Source of the DNA: a bacterium
Lineage (GTDB): Bacteria; RBG-13-61-14; DATKZS01
Reading direction: 5' to 3'
DNA length: 24,874 nucleotides
Assembly (NCBI GenBank): GCA_046484135.1
Contig: JAWOBU010000045.1
Location: 1 to 24,874, forward strand
Shown here: positions 21,455 through 24,874 of the stretch, in pieces
Numbering within the stretch: the stretch's first letter is position 1
Layout of the letters: the number at the start of each line of letters is the position of its first letter
The notes under the pieces: model-generated
What the model was told of the DNA's origin: nothing
The model's input: the letters and a program-made list of their open reading frames with translations, nothing else
Database searches by the model: none
Position numbers and translations under genes: made by a program

Positions 21455-21774
21455 TCCGCGAGGAGAGGGACCGGGGGCAGTCTCCGGCAAGGCGCTGGCC
21501 ATCAAGGCCCATCCTTTGATTAGGCGCCCCCGGCTCACTTGAGCAGGTCCCAGGGATCTCATAGGCTGAAACAAGTCTCTGATAGATGCGTTGGCCCATA
21601 TCAGGTCGAATGCAGGAGATTCGATTCCGACAGCGGAGCCGATACCGGAAACAATCACGGTGGCCCTCCCTCACACTCGGGTAACGTCGGCGACGGGGGT
21701 GCCCTACCAAGTCAAGTAGAAATTAATTTTCTCCTTGAGACAGGAAAGTTTTTGCTTGACATGGTCTTTCATAG
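20785..21774 (+). mobile_element. IS110-family element remnant with long non-coding right end (IS1111-like layout)
   Basis: Recombinase fragment, ~320 nt structured non-coding region, then an orphan -35 TTGACA (21756-61) just inside a putative end ...TTTCATAG. Left boundary unclear. Confidence 0.7.
21460..21740 (+). ncRNA. Candidate bridge/seek RNA
   Basis: Stems CCGGGGGC/GCCCCCGG (21471-78/21526-33), CTGATA/TATCAG, GTCGAAT/ATTCGAT; internal copies of the element-end junction sequence. Confidence 0.5.
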
Positions 21775-22119
21775 ATGCGTGAAATCCTCTTCGCCGTAGC
21801 GTCGTTGCGTTTAAAAACCCCCTTCTTGGACACGCTCCCCCTCCTATATGTTGGACTTCTGTTGCACCTTGTTAAAAGCTCCCTTTACCAACCCGCCTTT
21901 TCGTCGGCACAACCCCTTGTTTCCACGCCAACAAAAAAACTCGATTGTAAAAGATCCCTGAGCACGCCCGGCGGGTAAATCTGAACACATCTCCGATTTA
22001 CTTATGCATCAGGTTGCTGGCCCCTATGCTAAAACTTATCAAAAACGTGGGCTCTCCGATTCCCGCTGAACCAGAGCTTCAAAAAGAAAAGTTTGACAAA
22101 AGAAAAAGGGGAATTAGCG

Positions 22120-22156
22120 GCGGGGAAAGCCCGCCATGAATGGCGGCTTTCCCCGC
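22120..22156 (-). terminator. Hairpin terminator downstream of tRNA-Glu
   Basis: GCGGGGAAAGCC/GGCTTTCCCCGC 12-bp stem plus inner GCCA/TGGC; T-rich tract further downstream on the minus strand. Confidence 0.7.
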
Positions 22157-22175
22157 TCTCTCTCTCGGAAGATAA

Positions 22176-22250
22176 CGTCCCCAACGGGATTTGAACCCGT
22201 GTTGCCGGATTGAAAGCCCGGTGTCCTAGACCTGGCTAGACGATGGGGAC
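22176..22250 (-). tRNA. tRNA-Glu(TTC), CCA not encoded
   Basis: Reverse complement: GTCCCCATCGTCTAGCCAGGTCTAGGACACCGGGCT-TTC-AATCCGGCAACACGGGTTCAAATCCCGTTGGGGACG. Confidence 0.96.
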
Positions 22251-22420
22251 GTAAAAAGTTATTATAAACATCTTTTGCTTTCAGTTCAAGGACCGGAAGA
22301 ATTTTTTAGTGGGGGCAGGGCCTGCGACATGAAAAGGGGGGGCAAGTAAACCGCCGATGCCCCCGCCCGCTTTTATCCGGGGCCGAGACGGCCGCCTTTC
22401 CATCTCTAAAGTCGGTGTAG

Positions 22421-22552
22421 TTCCGAATGGCGCTAACTTAAAGGAAGGCAATACTCCTTCTAAAATGGAAATTACTTTCATATTAGGCAGTCGTGCATTC
22501 CCCGTGTTCGAGTTTACAGCATGGTAAGGGCTTAAGTTAGCGCCATTCGGAA
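22421..22552. mobile_element. MITE or internally deleted IS with IS4-subgroup-like terminal inverted repeats
   Basis: Perfect 21-bp inverted repeat TTCCGAATGGCGCTAACTTAA (22421-41) / TTAAGTTAGCGCCATTCGGAA (22532-52) enclosing 90 nt. Confidence 0.65.
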
Positions 22553-22571
22553 GTTCACACTAAATTTATCA

Positions 22572-22599
22572 TTGACAAATATCCATTTACTGCTATACT
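22572..22599 (+). promoter_or_regulatory. Sigma70 promoter of the regulator-sensor pair
   Basis: TTGACA (22572-77), 16 nt, TG-c-TATACT (22594-99). Confidence 0.75.
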
Positions 22600-22714
22600 A
22601 ATAATGAATTGTGTCTCAACTGATCACAACAGAGCAAAACTTGGTTAAATCGTTTTTGCGTGATTCGGCGCGGAAATTGCGAAAACACCGCTTACGCAAA
22701 ACAAGGGTCGAAAG

Positions 22715-23308
22715 ATGGTTACAGCACTTAAAACCAGACAAGCGGCATCTTACCTCGGGGTACACGTCGAGACCCTGCGCCGGCTGGCCCGCAGTAACCG
22801 GATACCCTGCTTCAAGGTAGGCAGAGACTGGAGGTTCCATCAAGCCGACCTGGACGAATGGGTCCGGAGCTATGACAGCAACTCCTCCACTTCTCATGTG
22901 CTGGTGGTGGACGACGAGGAGAGCGTCTTGAAGGCCCTGGAGGAAATCCTCTCCTTACAGGGCGGCTATCGCGTGAGCACCGCGGCCGACGGCTTTACGG
23001 CGCTCGATCTGTTCCATCGCGATCCGCCCGATCTGGCGATTATAGACCTCAAGATGCCCGGCATGAACGGCCCGGCATTGATAAAAGAAATCCGAAAGGA
23101 ACGGCCCGGCCTGCCGGTGATCGTGCTCACCGCTTTCCCGGACAGCGATCTTATGACCGAGGCCCTGCACTGCTCCCCCTTTATGGTACTTACCAAGCCC
23201 TCCTCTCCGGGGACCGTGATTGACGCGGCGGCACAGGCCATTAACGGCTCCAGGCTTACGTCCGCCCTTTATCGGGAAAAAAGCCTATTAAAAAGTATTG
23301 TCCCTTAA
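22715..23308 (+). CDS. Response regulator with N-terminal excisionase/MerR-like HTH (HTH_17) and C-terminal receiver domain
   Basis: 'QAASYLGVHVETLRRLA...IP.FKVGRDWRF...DLDEW'; receiver motifs 'VLVVDDE', 'DLAIIDLKMPGMNG', 'VLTA', 'KP'. Confidence 0.9.
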   Translation: MVTALKTRQAASYLGVHVETLRRLARSNRIPCFKVGRDWRFHQADLDEWVRSYDSNSSTSHVLVVDDEESVLKALEEILSLQGGYRVSTAADGFTALDLFHRDPPDLAIIDLKMPGMNGPALIKEIRKERPGLPVIVLTAFPDSDLMTEALHCSPFMVLTKPSSPGTVIDAAAQAINGSRLTSALYREKSLLKSIVP

Positions 23309-23372
23309 AAATATGGTTCCGGCTCTTGGAAGTCTTTAAAGGGCCTTAAAACAACAAGCCCGCGGAGGATAT

Positions 23373-24874
23373 ATGAAAAACCATAGGCAACGGGTGTTTC
23401 TCATGACCGTTCTGATGGCGGTCTCCTGCCTGACTGCCGCCGCGGCCGTGCTTTTATTCATCTATAAAGTCCACAAGTCCCACGTGCTTTCCGATCTTCA
23501 GGCAACCGTCCAAAGCCAGGCCCGGCTGATAGAAGCGGTGGCCCGCCATGACAGCCGCTACGGCGGCAAGTTCCCGGGCGGCCCCCGCGAGGCGACCCTT
23601 TCCCAGATACGCGACTCCCACGAAAAATACCGGGGCTTCGGCGAGACCGGCGAGTTTGCCCTGGCCCACCAGGAAGGCAACCGGATAGTGTTCGAGTTCC
23701 GGCACGGCAGAGAAGGCGTAAAAGTGCCCGAGTCCCTGCCATTCGACTCCGACCTGGCCGAGCCCATGCAGAGGGCCCTGTCCGGCCGCTCCGGCGCCAT
23801 GATCGGCAAAGATTACGAAGGCAAGACCGTGCTGGCCGCTTACGAGCCGGTGGACGTATTGGACCTGGGCATAGTGGCCAAGATGGACATGGCCGAGTTC
23901 CGGGCGCCCTTTTTAAACGCGGCGCTCCTCGGGCTGGGTGTCACCCTGCTGGTGGTCCTGGCCGGCGTGGTTGCTTTCCGGAAGATCAGCGACCCTATGC
24001 TGGAAAAACTGGAGAGCCACGCCGCTCTCCTGGAGCAGGAAGTGGCGGAGCGAAAGCAGGCGCAGGAGAGGGCCCATCACTTGAACCAGGTCCTCCGTGC
24101 CATCCGGAACGTGAACCAGCTCATCACGGTGGAAAAGGACCGGGAGAAGCTCATCCAGCAGGCTTGCGAAAGTCTGGTGGAAACCAGGGGCTTTGACAGC
24201 GCCTGGATAGCACTGCTGGACGGGTCCGGAAGACCGGAGACCGTAGTTCAAGAAGGCCTGGGAGAGGACTTCCAGCCCTTTTACAACATGCTGAAAGAGG
24301 GAAGATTGCCTGCCTGCGGCCGGAAGGCGCTCGAACAGGCGGACGCGGTCATTACGCGGGACCCTGCTTCCGAATGCCCGGAATGTCCGCTGGTGCTCAG
24401 GAACAAGTACCAGCGAGGGGCCGCGGGCATGACCATGCCCCTCGAGCATGAGGGGACGGTTTACGGACTCATGTGCGTGTCCCTGCCTTTGGGCTTTGCG
24501 GACGACCCGGAGGAGCAGGGCCTGTTCCGCGAGGTTGGCGGAGACATCGCCTATGCCCTGTACAGCCTGGAGCTGGAGGAGAACCGCAGGCGAGCGGAGG
24601 AGGACCTGAAAGCAAGCAGAGAGCGCCTTTCCCTGATAGTCAACACCGTGCCCGCAGGCATCACCATAGTGGACAGGGACGGCAAAATCAGCTTTGCAAA
24701 CCCGGCGGCGCAAAGCATCCTGGGACTGACGCTTGATGAAGCGTTAAACAGTTATTACAACGAGCCGGGCTTCAACATATCTTCGGTGGACGGCTCCCCC
24801 TTCCCGGATGAAGAGCTGCCCTTTAACCGGGTCAGGAAAGAGGGCCAGCCCGTGTTCGGGGTCGAACACGCCAT
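23373..24874 (+). CDS. Membrane sensor protein, 3'-partial (TM-Cache-TM-GAF-PAS...), probably a histidine kinase
   Basis: Not in the ORF track because it has no stop in the window. RBS GGAGG + ATG 23373. Translates MKNHRQRVFLMTVL...'GFGETGEF'...'EPMQRALSG.SG...GKDYEGKTVLAAYEPV'...TM...'LRAIRNVNQLI..EKDREKLI..ACE.LVETRG'...PAS 'PAGITIVDRDGKISFANPAA..ILG'. Confidence 0.85.
   Translation, partial: MKNHRQRVFLMTVLMAVSCLTAAAAVLLFIYKVHKSHVLSDLQATVQSQARLIEAVARHDSRYGGKFPGGPREATLSQIRDSHEKYRGFGETGEFALAHQEGNRIVFEFRHGREGVKVPESLPFDSDLAEPMQRALSGRSGAMIGKDYEGKTVLAAYEPVDVLDLGIVAKMDMAEFRAPFLNAALLGLGVTLLVVLAGVVAFRKISDPMLEKLESHAALLEQEVAERKQAQERAHHLNQVLRAIRNVNQLITVEKDREKLIQQACESLVETRGFDSAWIALLDGSGRPETVVQEGLGEDFQPFYNMLKEGRLPACGRKALEQADAVITRDPASECPECPLVLRNKYQRGAAGMTMPLEHEGTVYGLMCVSLPLGFADDPEEQGLFREVGGDIAYALYSLELEENRRRAEEDLKASRERLSLIVNTVPAGITIVDRDGKISFANPAAQSILGLTLDEALNSYYNEPGFNISSVDGSPFPDEELPFNRVRKEGQPVFGVEHA

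Noticed and set aside
22715..22870. Prophage/ICE excisionase near tRNA-Glu
   Set aside because: The HTH is fused to a receiver domain; no integrase or att repeat is visible.

Overview
GC-rich bacterial chromosomal segment; gene content suggests a Desulfobacterota/Myxococcota-like (former deltaproteobacterial) lineage, but this is unverified. The left half is housekeeping. It holds a partial lipocalin/AttH-like gene, a long-form nadE whose glutaminase nucleophile Cys appears replaced by Gly, a TetR-TolC-adaptor-RND efflux operon, a ferredoxin-fused nitroreductase, a Sir2/CobB deacylase, asd preceded by a candidate leader-peptide attenuator, and a TonB/TolA-like gene. The centre is a complete rRNA operon (tandem promoters, 16S, tRNA-Ile, tRNA-Ala, 23S, 5S). 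Its most unusual feature is an intact-looking hicB-hicA toxin-antitoxin pair inside the 16S-23S spacer, co-oriented with the rRNA transcript and without a visible promoter of its own. Downstream are a 5'-truncated IS110-family recombinase with a structured ~320-nt 3' non-coding end (candidate bridge/seek RNA), tRNA-Glu, an IS4-like MITE, an HTH-receiver regulator and the 5' part of a Cache-GAF-PAS sensor. All calls were made by eye, with no database searches.
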